Source of the DNA: Bacteroidia bacterium
GTDB taxonomy: Bacteria > Bacteroidota > Bacteroidia > UBA4408
Direction of reading: 5' to 3'
DNA: 64,000 nucleotides
Assembly: GCA_035438985.1 (NCBI GenBank)
Contig: DAORJK010000002.1
Location: 316,442-380,441 of the forward strand
This document shows positions 27,573 to 37,342 of this stretch, one piece after another. The translations under genes and the position numbers were made by a program. Positions within the stretch are counted from its first letter, which is position 1, and every line of letters begins with the position of its first letter. The notes beneath the pieces were generated by a model, which was given only the letters and a program-made list of their open reading frames with translations, made no database searches and had not been told where the DNA came from.

Positions 27573-29072
27573 TTATTTTTTTGAATGAATATAATACGCT
27601 ATTCCTGCATGTATTCCGCACTTTGTCCAATTTTGTTTTAGCGCATAGTTGCTTGAAAATACAGAACTTGGATTGGTTTGGTAATAGGGTGAAATAGTTA
27701 ATGCAAAGCTTTTAGTTATTTCATAGGATGCATTTATCCCTATCATGTATCCGATGCCGGTTAGGTTTTTGTAATTATCTCGACTTAATTTAGTATCCAG
27801 CTCAGTATAATTTTGAGGATTAATTTCTGTTCCTTTTTTAGTAAACAAACAATTAATACGCAATCCAGCATACACTCCTAAGCGAATTTTTGTCAATAAA
27901 AAGTCATATCCGGCAAGTAACGGAATATCTATAAGCGTATACTGCATGTTGCTGGTAACTTGATTCTTAGTGTTACTTATTATAACTAAGGTGTCGTAAT
28001 TTTTAATTACTAAGGGTGCATTAAATGGGTCTTGCAATGAATAAAAAGAAGAAACCGAATCAATGTATAGTTCTTTAATTTCTTGTTCATGTTGTAAACT
28101 ATATTTTCGGCTAAGCGATGTACCGCTAAATCCTACTTTTAAATAAGCCCTTTTCGTAAAATAGTAACTCAACAATACTTCTCCACTAAAGGCTCTTTGA
28201 TACATCGTGCTACTATCAATACGTGCTGAAAAACCCGGAATACCAACATCCCTATTTTTAATGAAATAATAATCCGGACCCAACAAGGCTTCAATTCGAA
28301 ATTTTGTTGATTTAGCTATTTCTATGGGCGACGCTACAATTGCCGTTGGAAGCATGTTTTCAGTGATCTTGTGTCGGTTGGTATCCAATACTGAAATGGA
28401 CCTAATACTGCTATCTTCGGGTGATTTATCAATTGGAGACTGTTTCGTATCCACTTTCATTTGAGGAGTGTCAACAGGAGTAGTTACCGGTGAAAAAGGC
28501 TGGCTCGTTACTTCTACAGTAGGACTTGATTTCTCAGGATCTTTGAGGTTATCAGAGTGAAGTGTAACTGTTGATGATAGAAGTATTTCCGGCAATCCTT
28601 CTAATGTTTTACTATTGTTTGAAGGTTCAACTGAACTGGAAGGTAAATCAGACGACTGGCCATCGGCTGAATTTTTTGTTGAATTTGCGAATGCGAGGCT
28701 TACATTTTTAGCAGTTCCATGAATAGTCTTGCTTTGCACTTTGCCGAAATTTTTGTGTGAATCAGAATGTTTTTTAAAGGTGGGTTTTTCGCTTATCGCT
28801 GAGTTATTGTTATTGATCGGTTGGGAGGTACTTAGAGCAGAAGTTACGGGTGAAGTATGTGATGTATTACAAAAGGGCAATGCCAAAAGCAACATCACCA
28901 GTAAATCGGCAAACGCAAACCAGGCTAGTTTAGAACGATCCAAATTAGTACCCAACTCGGGCTTTTGCAATTTAGTTTCAATTTTATTCCATAAATCAGC
29001 AGGTACTTCCTCAGAGTAGGAGTACAATTTATTTCTGATTTTATTTTCCAAATTATCCCTTTCTTCTTTCAT
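27573..29072 (-). CDS. Membrane protein with a short cytoplasmic N-terminus, one TM, an S/T/P-rich linker and a C-terminal outer-membrane beta-barrel-like domain; candidate anti-sigma partner of the upstream ECF sigma
   Basis: Its start overlaps the ECF sigma gene stop by 4 nt. TM 'LAWFAFADLLVMLLLALPF', a low-complexity linker of about 180 aa, and a C-terminal ~240 aa with alternating beta-strand pattern and aromatic-rich ends (OMP_b-brl_2/PorT-like). Confidence 0.6.
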   Translation of the reverse strand: MKEERDNLENKIRNKLYSYSEEVPADLWNKIETKLQKPELGTNLDRSKLAWFAFADLLVMLLLALPFCNTSHTSPVTSALSTSQPINNNNSAISEKPTFKKHSDSHKNFGKVQSKTIHGTAKNVSLAFANSTKNSADGQSSDLPSSSVEPSNNSKTLEGLPEILLSSTVTLHSDNLKDPEKSSPTVEVTSQPFSPVTTPVDTPQMKVDTKQSPIDKSPEDSSIRSISVLDTNRHKITENMLPTAIVASPIEIAKSTKFRIEALLGPDYYFIKNRDVGIPGFSARIDSSTMYQRAFSGEVLLSYYFTKRAYLKVGFSGTSLSRKYSLQHEQEIKELYIDSVSSFYSLQDPFNAPLVIKNYDTLVIISNTKNQVTSNMQYTLIDIPLLAGYDFLLTKIRLGVYAGLRINCLFTKKGTEINPQNYTELDTKLSRDNYKNLTGIGYMIGINASYEITKSFALTISPYYQTNPSSVFSSNYALKQNWTKCGIHAGIAYYIHSKK

Positions 29073-29659
29073 GCGAATGTAATTTCACTTTGTTTTAACT
29101 TCTCTTGAAGTGCAGTTTTGGCCTTCGAAAATTGCGAACGAGAAGTTCCTTCATTAATTTTTAACAAATCGGCAATTTCTTTATGACTGTAACCTTCAAT
29201 AACATATAGATTAAAAACAGTTTTGTATCCATCGGGTAAACTGTCAATTAGCTGCAGTAAGTCTTTTTCACTGAGGCGATCAATGGCTGAGGCATCTGAG
29301 TTGTTTAATTTAACCTCACTTAATTCAACCTGATTATACTGAGCAGGTGGCATTCTGTAACTTGATAATGCGGTGTTCACCATAATTCTTCGTATCCAAC
29401 CTTCAAATGCCCCTTGGTGGCGAAAAGTAGAAATAGATTTAAAAATTTTGATGAATCCTTCTTGAAGCAAATCTTCTGCAGGAGCATGATTGCTCTCATA
29501 ACGTCGACAAACTGAGAGCATTTTACCGGCATACTTTTCAAAAAGTGCCCGCTGACAATGCCTGTCATTTGCTATACAACCTCTAATTAGCTCTTCGTCG
29601 GTATACACTATACGATAGGATATGCATGAATTAAGAAGTAAGATAGTTTTTTTTAGCAA
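29069..29659 (-). CDS. ECF-type RNA polymerase sigma-70 family factor
   Basis: Region 2 ('LLQEGFIKIFKSISTFRHQGAFEGWIRRIMVNTAL') and region 4 HTH ('YKTVFNLYVIEGYSHKEIADLLKINEGTSRSQFSKAKTALQ'). Confidence 0.85.
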   Translation of the reverse strand: MLKKTILLLNSCISYRIVYTDEELIRGCIANDRHCQRALFEKYAGKMLSVCRRYESNHAPAEDLLQEGFIKIFKSISTFRHQGAFEGWIRRIMVNTALSSYRMPPAQYNQVELSEVKLNNSDASAIDRLSEKDLLQLIDSLPDGYKTVFNLYVIEGYSHKEIADLLKINEGTSRSQFSKAKTALQEKLKQSEITFA

Positions 29660-29769
29660 AACGTTGCCTGCCGTAAAAACATTTTTTTCAACTTGTGAAA
29701 AACTACTTTAGAGATTAAATTTTTACTTCTTTAATTAACTTACTTTTGGAACAAAATTTAGTGCTTTAC

Positions 29770-31047
29770 ATGAATGTATTAATACTTGGATCAGGAGGGC
29801 GCGAACATGCTTTTGCATGGAAGATTGCCCAATCTAAAAAGCTCAAACAATTGTATTGTCTGCCCGGGAATGCAGGAACAGCACAGCTTGCGATAAATGT
29901 ACACTTGTCAGAAACTGATTTTGAGGGCATTAAAAAATTGGTCCTTGAAAAGCACATTACACTAGTTTTGGTAGGTCCGGAAGTACCTCTTGTAAAAGGA
30001 GTACATGATTTTTTTCTTGCTGACGAAGAATTGAAAAAGGTGAAAGTTATTGGACCAACACGGCAAGCAGCACAGCTAGAGGGAAGCAAAGATTTTTCCA
30101 AAAAGTTTATGTTACGTCATAGCATTCCAACGGCCAAATACCGCACAATTATATCTCAAAATATCAAAGAGGGTTACGAATTTTTAGAAAGTTTGGAAGC
30201 TCCGTATGTGCTAAAAGCCGATGGGCTGGCAGCCGGGAAAGGGGTCGTAATTTTGAACGAGTTAGGACTGGCTAAGAAAGAATTAAATAGCATGCTCCAC
30301 AACAATAAATTTGGCGATGCCGGCAATGTGGTGGTTATTGAAGAATTTTTAAAAGGCATCGAACTTTCTGTATTTGTTTTAACCGATGGTGTATCTTATA
30401 AAATTTTGCCATCGGCTAAAGATTACAAACGAATAGGAGAGGGCGACACAGGACCCAATACCGGAGGAATGGGTGCTGTGAGTCCGGTTACATTTGCCGA
30501 CCATGAGTTTATGCAAAAGGTTGAACAGCAAATTATTATTCCAACAATTAAAGGCTTGAAAAAGGAAAAAATAAAGTACTCGGGCTTTATTTTTATTGGC
30601 TTAATGAACGTCAAAGGAAATCCTTATGTAATCGAATACAATTGCCGCATGGGTGATCCGGAAACGGAAGTTGTAATTCCACGAATTGAATCCGACTTTT
30701 TAACCTTGATGCAGAGTGTGGGAAACAAAACGTTGCGTAAACAAGAGTTAGTGGTTTCAAGTAAAACTGCCGCAACAGTGATGTTAGTTTCAGGAGGCTA
30801 TCCAGATGAATATAAAAAGGGAATACCGATAAATGGAATTGATAAAGTTATTGGCAGCACCGTGTTTCATGCCGGAACCTTACTCGATGAAAATAAATTG
30901 AAAACTAACGGAGGTAGAGTTATTGCAGTTACTTCGTTGGCGAATAACTTACACGATGCTGTTTCAGCATCGCTTGAAAATGCAGCAAAAATTGATTTTG
31001 ACGGAAAATACTATCGAAAAGATATTGGTAAGGATTTACTTCTGTAA
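29770..31047 (+). CDS. purD: Phosphoribosylamine--glycine ligase
   Basis: 'MNVLILGSGGREHAFAWKIAQS' PurD N-terminus and an ATP-grasp core. The ORF track starts 24 nt upstream. Confidence 0.92.
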   Translation: MNVLILGSGGREHAFAWKIAQSKKLKQLYCLPGNAGTAQLAINVHLSETDFEGIKKLVLEKHITLVLVGPEVPLVKGVHDFFLADEELKKVKVIGPTRQAAQLEGSKDFSKKFMLRHSIPTAKYRTIISQNIKEGYEFLESLEAPYVLKADGLAAGKGVVILNELGLAKKELNSMLHNNKFGDAGNVVVIEEFLKGIELSVFVLTDGVSYKILPSAKDYKRIGEGDTGPNTGGMGAVSPVTFADHEFMQKVEQQIIIPTIKGLKKEKIKYSGFIFIGLMNVKGNPYVIEYNCRMGDPETEVVIPRIESDFLTLMQSVGNKTLRKQELVVSSKTAATVMLVSGGYPDEYKKGIPINGIDKVIGSTVFHAGTLLDENKLKTNGGRVIAVTSLANNLHDAVSASLENAAKIDFDGKYYRKDIGKDLLL

Positions 31048-31221
31048 ATCCATGCTGTTTGAATTGAAACGGTCTTTATTTTTAACCAAATACCACATCC
31101 AAATAAAATTAGCAATTGTCATAATGATGCTAAAAAGTATATTTGAAGAAGCACCTATTGTTTGTAATGCTGGGAAAATTGACTCAAAAAAATCACCAAT
31201 TCCATGAAATACAGCTGTCAT
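31036..31221 (-). CDS. Possible small (61-aa) membrane protein; low confidence
   Basis: The ORF sits in the purD-downstream gap, on the opposite strand to both neighbours. It has one strongly hydrophobic helix ('ILFSIIMTIANFIWMWYLV'). No other support. Confidence 0.2.
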   Translation of the reverse strand: MTAVFHGIGDFFESIFPALQTIGASSNILFSIIMTIANFIWMWYLVKNKDRFNSNSMDLQK

Positions 31222-31273
31222 AATTTTTTGATTTTAGATTTGTGCAACAAATGTAAAAATAATTTTAAAACTC

Positions 31274-32260
31274 ATGTTGGTAGGTTTTTTTAAGCGTAAT
31301 TCTACTTCTTCAGTCTTAGTAGTTCCCGGGGTAGCGCTTTCATTATGGGCTATAGTTTTTGCGCATCCAATAGCGGCCTTGAATAAAAATACAATGCCGC
31401 TATTCGACTGGTTGTGTAGGGCAACGCAAAGTTATCCGCTTTTACAAGTGGTGCTTGCATGCTTCATAGTAATAGCCGAAGCGTTCTTGGTGAATCACAT
31501 TTGTGATAAATACAACATACTTTCCAAGAAAACAAATTTACCGGCCTTGCTGTATGTAGTATTCATGAGTTGTAGCAAATTATTTTTAGGCATGCATCCT
31601 TTGCTTTTAGCAAATTTATTTATTCTGTTAAGCATCGACCGCATATTTAGTTCTTATCATAAAGAAGAAGCTTTTGCTCATGTGTTTGATGCAGGTTTTT
31701 ACATCGGAATAGCCTCACTATTTTATTTTCCGGCTGCAATTTTATTCCCCATGGTATGGGTTGGGTTAATCGTAATCCGAACTTTTGTTTGGCGCGAATG
31801 GATTATCTCATTTCTTGGATTATTGTTACCCTATTTGTTTATAACGACCTATTATTTTTGGTACGACAAATTAGATTTATTTTTAGTAGACAAAATATTT
31901 TACCCATCATCAGATGCGAAATACAGCATTGAAACAGAGCCTTTTTCGTTTATCGCATTGGCTGTGTTTTTAGTAGCATTTTTACTTTTATCCTTTTTTA
32001 AGCTCACACGTGGATTGCCTGTAAATACAATTCTTTCGCGGAATATATTGGTGTTATTTAGTTGGATGATGGCCTTGTCATTTTTAGCCTTTTTAATGGC
32101 ACCTGTTTTAAACTTGCGCTATTTTTCGTTCATGGCAATTCCCTATTCAATTTACGCTTCACATTATTTACTAAGCGCTAAAAGAGCATGGTGGAGTGAA
32201 TTAGTGTTTAGCGCCTTTGTACTCCTGATTATTCTTAATTATATTTTTTACAACAGTTAA
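31274..32260 (+). CDS. Polytopic inner-membrane protein of unknown function (about 8 TM)
   Basis: Long ORF with repeated hydrophobic segments and no recognisable catalytic motifs. Confidence 0.6.
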   Translation: MLVGFFKRNSTSSVLVVPGVALSLWAIVFAHPIAALNKNTMPLFDWLCRATQSYPLLQVVLACFIVIAEAFLVNHICDKYNILSKKTNLPALLYVVFMSCSKLFLGMHPLLLANLFILLSIDRIFSSYHKEEAFAHVFDAGFYIGIASLFYFPAAILFPMVWVGLIVIRTFVWREWIISFLGLLLPYLFITTYYFWYDKLDLFLVDKIFYPSSDAKYSIETEPFSFIALAVFLVAFLLLSFFKLTRGLPVNTILSRNILVLFSWMMALSFLAFLMAPVLNLRYFSFMAIPYSIYASHYLLSAKRAWWSELVFSAFVLLIILNYIFYNS

Positions 32261-32308
32261 AACTAGCGAATATATTATCCTTATTTTTGTCGAACTAATA
32301 AAAATGAA

Positions 32309-33004
32309 ATGAAATTTGGTGTAGTGGTTTTTCCGGGGTCCAATTGCGATCAGGATATGGTATATGTGTTACAAAGTATAATGAAACAAAGAGTTGTTCA
32401 ACTTTGGCACAAAGACAGCGATTTACAAGGATGCGATTTTATTGTATTGCCGGGGGGATTTTCATTTGGTGATTACTTGCGATCAGGCGCTATTGCACGT
32501 TTTTCGCCAATTATGGAAAAAGTTATTGAGTTTGCCAATGCCGGCGGAAATGTATTGGGAATATGCAACGGGTTTCAAATATTATGTGAAGCAGGGTTAT
32601 TGCCTGGAGCTCTCTTGCACAATAACTCTCAAAAATTTATTTCTAAAAATACCTTTATCAAATCACAAACATCTAATTCGCGAATAACTGCTGCCATCAA
32701 TAAAAATAAGGCACTTTGCATTCCCATTGCTCATGGTGAAGGGCGCTATTTTACAGATGCAGAAACACTCAAAAAACTAAACAATCAAGATCAGATTTTA
32801 TTTCGCTATTGCAACGAACAAGGTGCTATAAATGATGCAGCTAATCCTAATGGATCGCTTGAAAACATAGCCGGTATTTGTAATCATCAACGCAACGTAT
32901 TTGGCATGATGCCGCATCCTGAAAGAGCAGCCGATAAAGAGTTACGTAATGTTGATGGGAAATTGATTTTTGATTCAATTCTTAGTTTGGTTAAGTCTTA
33001 TTAA
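32309..33004 (+). CDS. purQ: Phosphoribosylformylglycinamidine synthase subunit PurQ (glutaminase)
   Basis: 'MKFGVVVFPGSNCDQD' N-terminus, a 'GICNGFQIL' Cys nucleophile elbow, and 'HGEGR'/'MMPHPER'. Confidence 0.9.
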   Translation: MKFGVVVFPGSNCDQDMVYVLQSIMKQRVVQLWHKDSDLQGCDFIVLPGGFSFGDYLRSGAIARFSPIMEKVIEFANAGGNVLGICNGFQILCEAGLLPGALLHNNSQKFISKNTFIKSQTSNSRITAAINKNKALCIPIAHGEGRYFTDAETLKKLNNQDQILFRYCNEQGAINDAANPNGSLENIAGICNHQRNVFGMMPHPERAADKELRNVDGKLIFDSILSLVKSY

Positions 33005-33173
33005 TACATCCAAGCAAGTCTTTTTAAAGTAGTAGGGCGTTTAATTGACTATTTAAATAGACCTTATTACCAGTTTAATTGAATAGCTGTTTATAAATTC
33101 ATCTTGAACAACTGTATTCTAATTTCTAATTTCATTAGTTTTGCCTGTAATCCAATAAATAGTTTGTTTCAAC

Positions 33174-33608
33174 ATGCAGGTTAAAATTATTAATCAATCT
33201 TCACATGCGCTTCCCGAATATGCTACATTGGCATCTGCCGGAATGGATATTCGAGCTTTTATTACGCAAAATATAGTGCTTCATCCCGGTGAACGTGTGC
33301 TAATACCTACCGGTTTATTTATTGAATTACCGGTTGGTACAGAAGCTCAAATTCGACCACGCAGTGGATTGGCATTTAAAAATGGAGTTACTGTACTTAA
33401 CTCACCTGGCACAATTGATGCTGATTATCGTGGTGAAATTAAGGTACTTTTAATAAATTTGTCGACGGTGGATTTTACAATACAAAATGGCGAACGCATT
33501 GCTCAATTAGTAGTTGCAAAACACGAACGAGTACAATGGGAAACTGTTGATAATATTGAAGAAACAGCAAGAGGAGCCGGAGGTTTTGGTCATACCGGAA
33601 AAGTGTAA
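33174..33608 (+). CDS. dut: dUTP diphosphatase
   Basis: dUTPase motifs 'RSGLAFKNG', '[11 protein letters not shown]' and a C-terminal '[10 protein letters not shown]'. Confidence 0.93.
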   Translation: MQVKIINQSSHALPEYATLASAGMDIRAFITQNIVLHPGERVLIPTGLFIELPVGTEAQIRPRSGLAFKNGVTVLNSPGTIDADYRGEIKVLLINLSTVDFTIQNGERIAQLVVAKHERVQWETVDNIEETARGAGGFGHTGKV

Positions 33609-33676
33609 TTTCTGAAAAGTTAACAGAAAAGCAAAATTGACTTAAATTGAAATAACTAACATAGAAAGAAATATTT

Positions 33677-34681
33677 ATGAAAATAATTGTACCAATGGCA
33701 GGAATGGGAAAACGCATGCGACCGCATACGCTTACTGTTCCAAAACCTTTATTACCCATTGCCGGAAAGCCAACAGTTCAACGTTTAGTGGAAGACATCG
33801 CTAAAGTTTGCAACGAAAAAATTGAAGAGGTAAATTTTATTATCGGTCGATTTGGTGCTGAAGCTGAAGCAAATCTTATAAAAGTTGCAGAAAGTATTGG
33901 AGCTAAAGGAAAAATATCTTATCAAGACCAAGCTTTGGGCACCGCTCATGCAATTTTGTGTGCAAAAGAGTCGCTTAAAGGAAAGGTGATTGTTGCTTTT
34001 GCCGATACTTTATTTAAAGCTGATTTTAAATTAGATGAAGGAAACGATGGTACCATTTGGGTTCAAAAAATTGAGGATCCTCGCATGTTTGGTGTGGTAA
34101 AAGTTAACGCCAATAATATTATTACCGATTTTGTTGAGAAGCCGGAGGAGTTTGTAAGCGATTTAGCCATTATCGGTATTTATTATTTCAGAGACGGAGA
34201 ATACTTGAACCGTGAATTGCAGTACCTGCTGGATAATAATATTATGGAAAAGGGGGAATACCAGTTGACAAATGCCCTTGAAAACATGAAGCAACAAGGA
34301 GCTAAATTTATTCCAGGTCGAATTAGCGAATGGCTTGATTGCGGAAATAAAGATTCGTCAGTTTTTACAAATCAACGTTATTTGGAGTATATAAAAACCG
34401 AAAAACTAGTAGCCGATTCAGCAAAAATAATCGACTCGGTAATTATTCCGCCATGCTATATTGGAGAGCGGGTTGAACTTAAAAATGCCGTTGTGGGGCC
34501 GCATGTTTCAATTGGAAACAATAGTTCAGTGCACAATTCCGTTGTACGAAACAGTATTATTCAAACAAATGCAAAATTAAACCATGCATTAATTGAAAAT
34601 TCAATGCTGGGTAATTATTCTGTTTATCAAGGAAAAGCTGCCGATTTGAGTGTTGGCGACTATACTGTTATAAAAGGTTAA
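33677..34681 (+). CDS. Sugar-phosphate nucleotidyltransferase with a C-terminal left-handed beta-helix (hexapeptide) domain
   Basis: 'MKIIVPMAGMGKRMRP...PKPLLPIAGKP' NTP-transferase motif. The C-terminal half has hexapeptide-repeat character. Confidence 0.75.
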   Translation: MKIIVPMAGMGKRMRPHTLTVPKPLLPIAGKPTVQRLVEDIAKVCNEKIEEVNFIIGRFGAEAEANLIKVAESIGAKGKISYQDQALGTAHAILCAKESLKGKVIVAFADTLFKADFKLDEGNDGTIWVQKIEDPRMFGVVKVNANNIITDFVEKPEEFVSDLAIIGIYYFRDGEYLNRELQYLLDNNIMEKGEYQLTNALENMKQQGAKFIPGRISEWLDCGNKDSSVFTNQRYLEYIKTEKLVADSAKIIDSVIIPPCYIGERVELKNAVVGPHVSIGNNSSVHNSVVRNSIIQTNAKLNHALIENSMLGNYSVYQGKAADLSVGDYTVIKG

Positions 34682-34720
34682 TTCGTGTATAGATTGCCAT
34701 TGTTTACATAATTTTGAAGG

Positions 34721-36475
34721 ATGAACAAAAATTCTCGTATACTTTTATTACTCGCACTTAGCCTAAGCTGGCTTCTTGCTTGTTCTCCGGCTAAAAAATC
34801 CGGCAGCACTGCTGCTAAGTCAAACAAATCTTCTGCATCAAAGTTATCTGATCAGCAACGCATGTTATTTGACCGCATTTTTTATGATGCGAACAAAGAA
34901 AAAATGTTGAACAATTTCCCGGAAGCAGCAAATCTTTTCAGAAAATGTTTACAAATTGATCCTTCCAGCGCAGCTAGTATGTACGAATTAGCCAATTTGT
35001 TATATGTTAAAGGCGATTATGTAAATGCTGAATTGTATTGTCGTTCGGCACTCACACTTCAACCGCAAAATGAATGGTATCAGTCCTTATATGCCGATGC
35101 GCTCACACGCAATAAAAAGTTTGCCGAAGCAATTAAGATGCGTGAAAAAATGTGCAGTCAATTTCCCGATAGGTTAGATTTAAAATATGATTTAGCAACT
35201 GCATATTGGTATGCATCACGATTTGATGAAGCTATTGATACCTATAATGAAATCGAAAAAATTAGTGGAATTAATCGTGAATTGATTGAGCGTAAAAAAT
35301 TAATTTTTATTCAACAAAATAAATTAGATAAAGCCATCATTGAAGTAAAGAAACTGATTGACAGCGATCCAAGCCAGGTGATGTATTACGGAATGTTAGC
35401 CGAACTTTATGCGGCCAACAAAATGAACGAAAAGGCTATGGAAATGTATCAGATGATTTTAAAAATTGAGCCAGACAATGCCATGGTTCATTTGATGCTA
35501 AGCGATTATTACGGTCACCAGAAACAAACCGAAAAGGCATTTGATGAAATGAAACTCGCTTTTAGCAATGCCGGTCTCGAATTGGAGGTAAAAATAAAGC
35601 AATTGCTTCCTTACTATTCTAACGCTGAGTATAATGATACGATTAAGTCGCAAGCTTTTGAATTGCTGGATATTCTAGAAAAAATTCATCCAAAGGAAGC
35701 TATGGCGTATTCAATTTATGGAGATTTTTTATACCGAGATAAAAAGTTCGCCGAAGCAAAAGATAAATATAAAAAAGCGGTTGAGCTTGATAAAGACAAG
35801 CAATCTATTTGGATACAATTGCTTTTTGTTGAATCACAAGTGAACGATTATAAATCAATGCTTTCAGATAGCAAGGAGGCGATGGAATTGTTCCCCAATG
35901 AGCCAACTACTTTCTTTTTCAACGGAGTAGCAAATTTGCAATTGGGAGATAACAAAGCTGCGATTAAATCGCTTGAAAAAGGAGTGGATCTGGTAGTTGA
36001 TAATAAAACCTTTGAAGGGCAATTTTATGCTAATTTAGGCGATGCCTATTACCGAGATAAACAAATGGGTAAATCAGATTCGGCTTATGAAAAGGCACTT
36101 GAGATTAACCCTAAGGATACCTATGTATTAAATAACTACAGTTACTATCTTTCATTGCGCAATGTCGATTTAGACAAAGCCGAAACTATGTCGCGAAAGG
36201 CAAACGAACTAGAACCGGAAAATGGAAATTCGCAAGACACTTATGCCTGGATATTGTATGCTCAAAAAAAATACGTGGATGCAAAGCTGTGGATTGAAAA
36301 GGCTATTGTAAATGGTGGTGATAAAAATCCGGTGATACTTGAACATTACGGGGATATTTTGTTTAAATTAAATGAGAAAAACAAGGCTCTTGAATATTGG
36401 ATAAAGGCAAAAGAAGCCGGAAAAGGATCTGATTTTTTAGAGAAAAAAATTAATGAAAAAACTCTTTTTGAATAA
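34721..36475 (+). CDS. Tetratricopeptide-repeat lipoprotein
   Basis: Signal/lipobox 'LLLLALSLSWLLACSP' and multiple TPR-like 34-residue repeats (W-LG-Y / A-F / P patterns). Confidence 0.8.
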   Translation: MNKNSRILLLLALSLSWLLACSPAKKSGSTAAKSNKSSASKLSDQQRMLFDRIFYDANKEKMLNNFPEAANLFRKCLQIDPSSAASMYELANLLYVKGDYVNAELYCRSALTLQPQNEWYQSLYADALTRNKKFAEAIKMREKMCSQFPDRLDLKYDLATAYWYASRFDEAIDTYNEIEKISGINRELIERKKLIFIQQNKLDKAIIEVKKLIDSDPSQVMYYGMLAELYAANKMNEKAMEMYQMILKIEPDNAMVHLMLSDYYGHQKQTEKAFDEMKLAFSNAGLELEVKIKQLLPYYSNAEYNDTIKSQAFELLDILEKIHPKEAMAYSIYGDFLYRDKKFAEAKDKYKKAVELDKDKQSIWIQLLFVESQVNDYKSMLSDSKEAMELFPNEPTTFFFNGVANLQLGDNKAAIKSLEKGVDLVVDNKTFEGQFYANLGDAYYRDKQMGKSDSAYEKALEINPKDTYVLNNYSYYLSLRNVDLDKAETMSRKANELEPENGNSQDTYAWILYAQKKYVDAKLWIEKAIVNGGDKNPVILEHYGDILFKLNEKNKALEYWIKAKEAGKGSDFLEKKINEKTLFE

Positions 36476-36481
36476 GGCCTG

Positions 36482-37342
36482 ATGAAGCAAATTTTGCCTA
36501 GCCATTTTCGGCCGTTTTTATTTTTCACCCTTTCTTTGTTTTTATTTTCTTGTCGAGGTACAAAACACGCAATAAACACCACTCCTGTTGTACCTTCTGA
36601 AGTACGAACCGATTTTAAAAGCGCTAAGGTTTTGTCTGAATTGTTAGTAGAAAACGAGTTTAAGTATGCATGGCTGACATCTAAATTTGATGCGGAAGCG
36701 GTGGTGGATGATAAAACTACCAACTTTAGTGTAACAGTTCGTGCTCGAAAAGACAGTGCTTTGTGGATGAGCATATCGCCAAGTATTGGAATTGAAGTAG
36801 CTCGCTTGCTTGCGACAGAAGACTCTGTTAAATTTATTGATCGCCTCCATGGAAAGTATTTTAGTGGAGATTATGCTTACATCAGCAACCTTTTGCACAC
36901 TGAGTTGGACTTTGATATGTTGCAAAATTTATTGATAGGAAATAGTGTTTCATTTGACCATGAAGAGAGTAAACTTAAATCTATGATTGATAATAAACGT
37001 TATTTACTAAGTACCATTCGAAAAAGAAAATTAAGAAAAGTATTAAATGAAAATTCTGATCTGAAAGGTAAGAAGGAATTAATTCAAAGCTTGTGGTTAG
37101 AACCCGAAACATATAAAATTTCGAGAATTTATATTGAGGATTTTAATACCAATCGCACATTTTCAGCAGTATACAACGACTTTAAGACAGTTGATTCTTT
37201 GAGTGTTCCTTTTCAACTTCTGTTTGATATTTCGGCTGAAAAGAAAATGAAAATAAAAATTGACTACTCAAAAATAAGCAGACTTGCCGCGCCTCAAACA
37301 TTTCCTTTTACCATTCCAGCAAAATATGAAAAGTTGCGTTAG
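36482..37342 (+). CDS. DUF4292-like (LolA-fold) lipoprotein
   Basis: Lipobox 'LSLFLFSCRG'. It occupies the position of the DUF4292 gene in the Bacteroidota gene order (TPR protein, DUF4292, M23/EnvC-like). Confidence 0.6.
   Translation: MKQILPSHFRPFLFFTLSLFLFSCRGTKHAINTTPVVPSEVRTDFKSAKVLSELLVENEFKYAWLTSKFDAEAVVDDKTTNFSVTVRARKDSALWMSISPSIGIEVARLLATEDSVKFIDRLHGKYFSGDYAYISNLLHTELDFDMLQNLLIGNSVSFDHEESKLKSMIDNKRYLLSTIRKRKLRKVLNENSDLKGKKELIQSLWLEPETYKISRIYIEDFNTNRTFSAVYNDFKTVDSLSVPFQLLFDISAEKKMKIKIDYSKISRLAAPQTFPFTIPAKYEKLR

Noticed and set aside
30923-31207. A 94-aa plus-strand ORF overlapping the 3' end of purD.
   Set aside because: It overlaps a well-supported purD reading frame. It has no features, and its composition is typical of an off-frame AT-rich translation.
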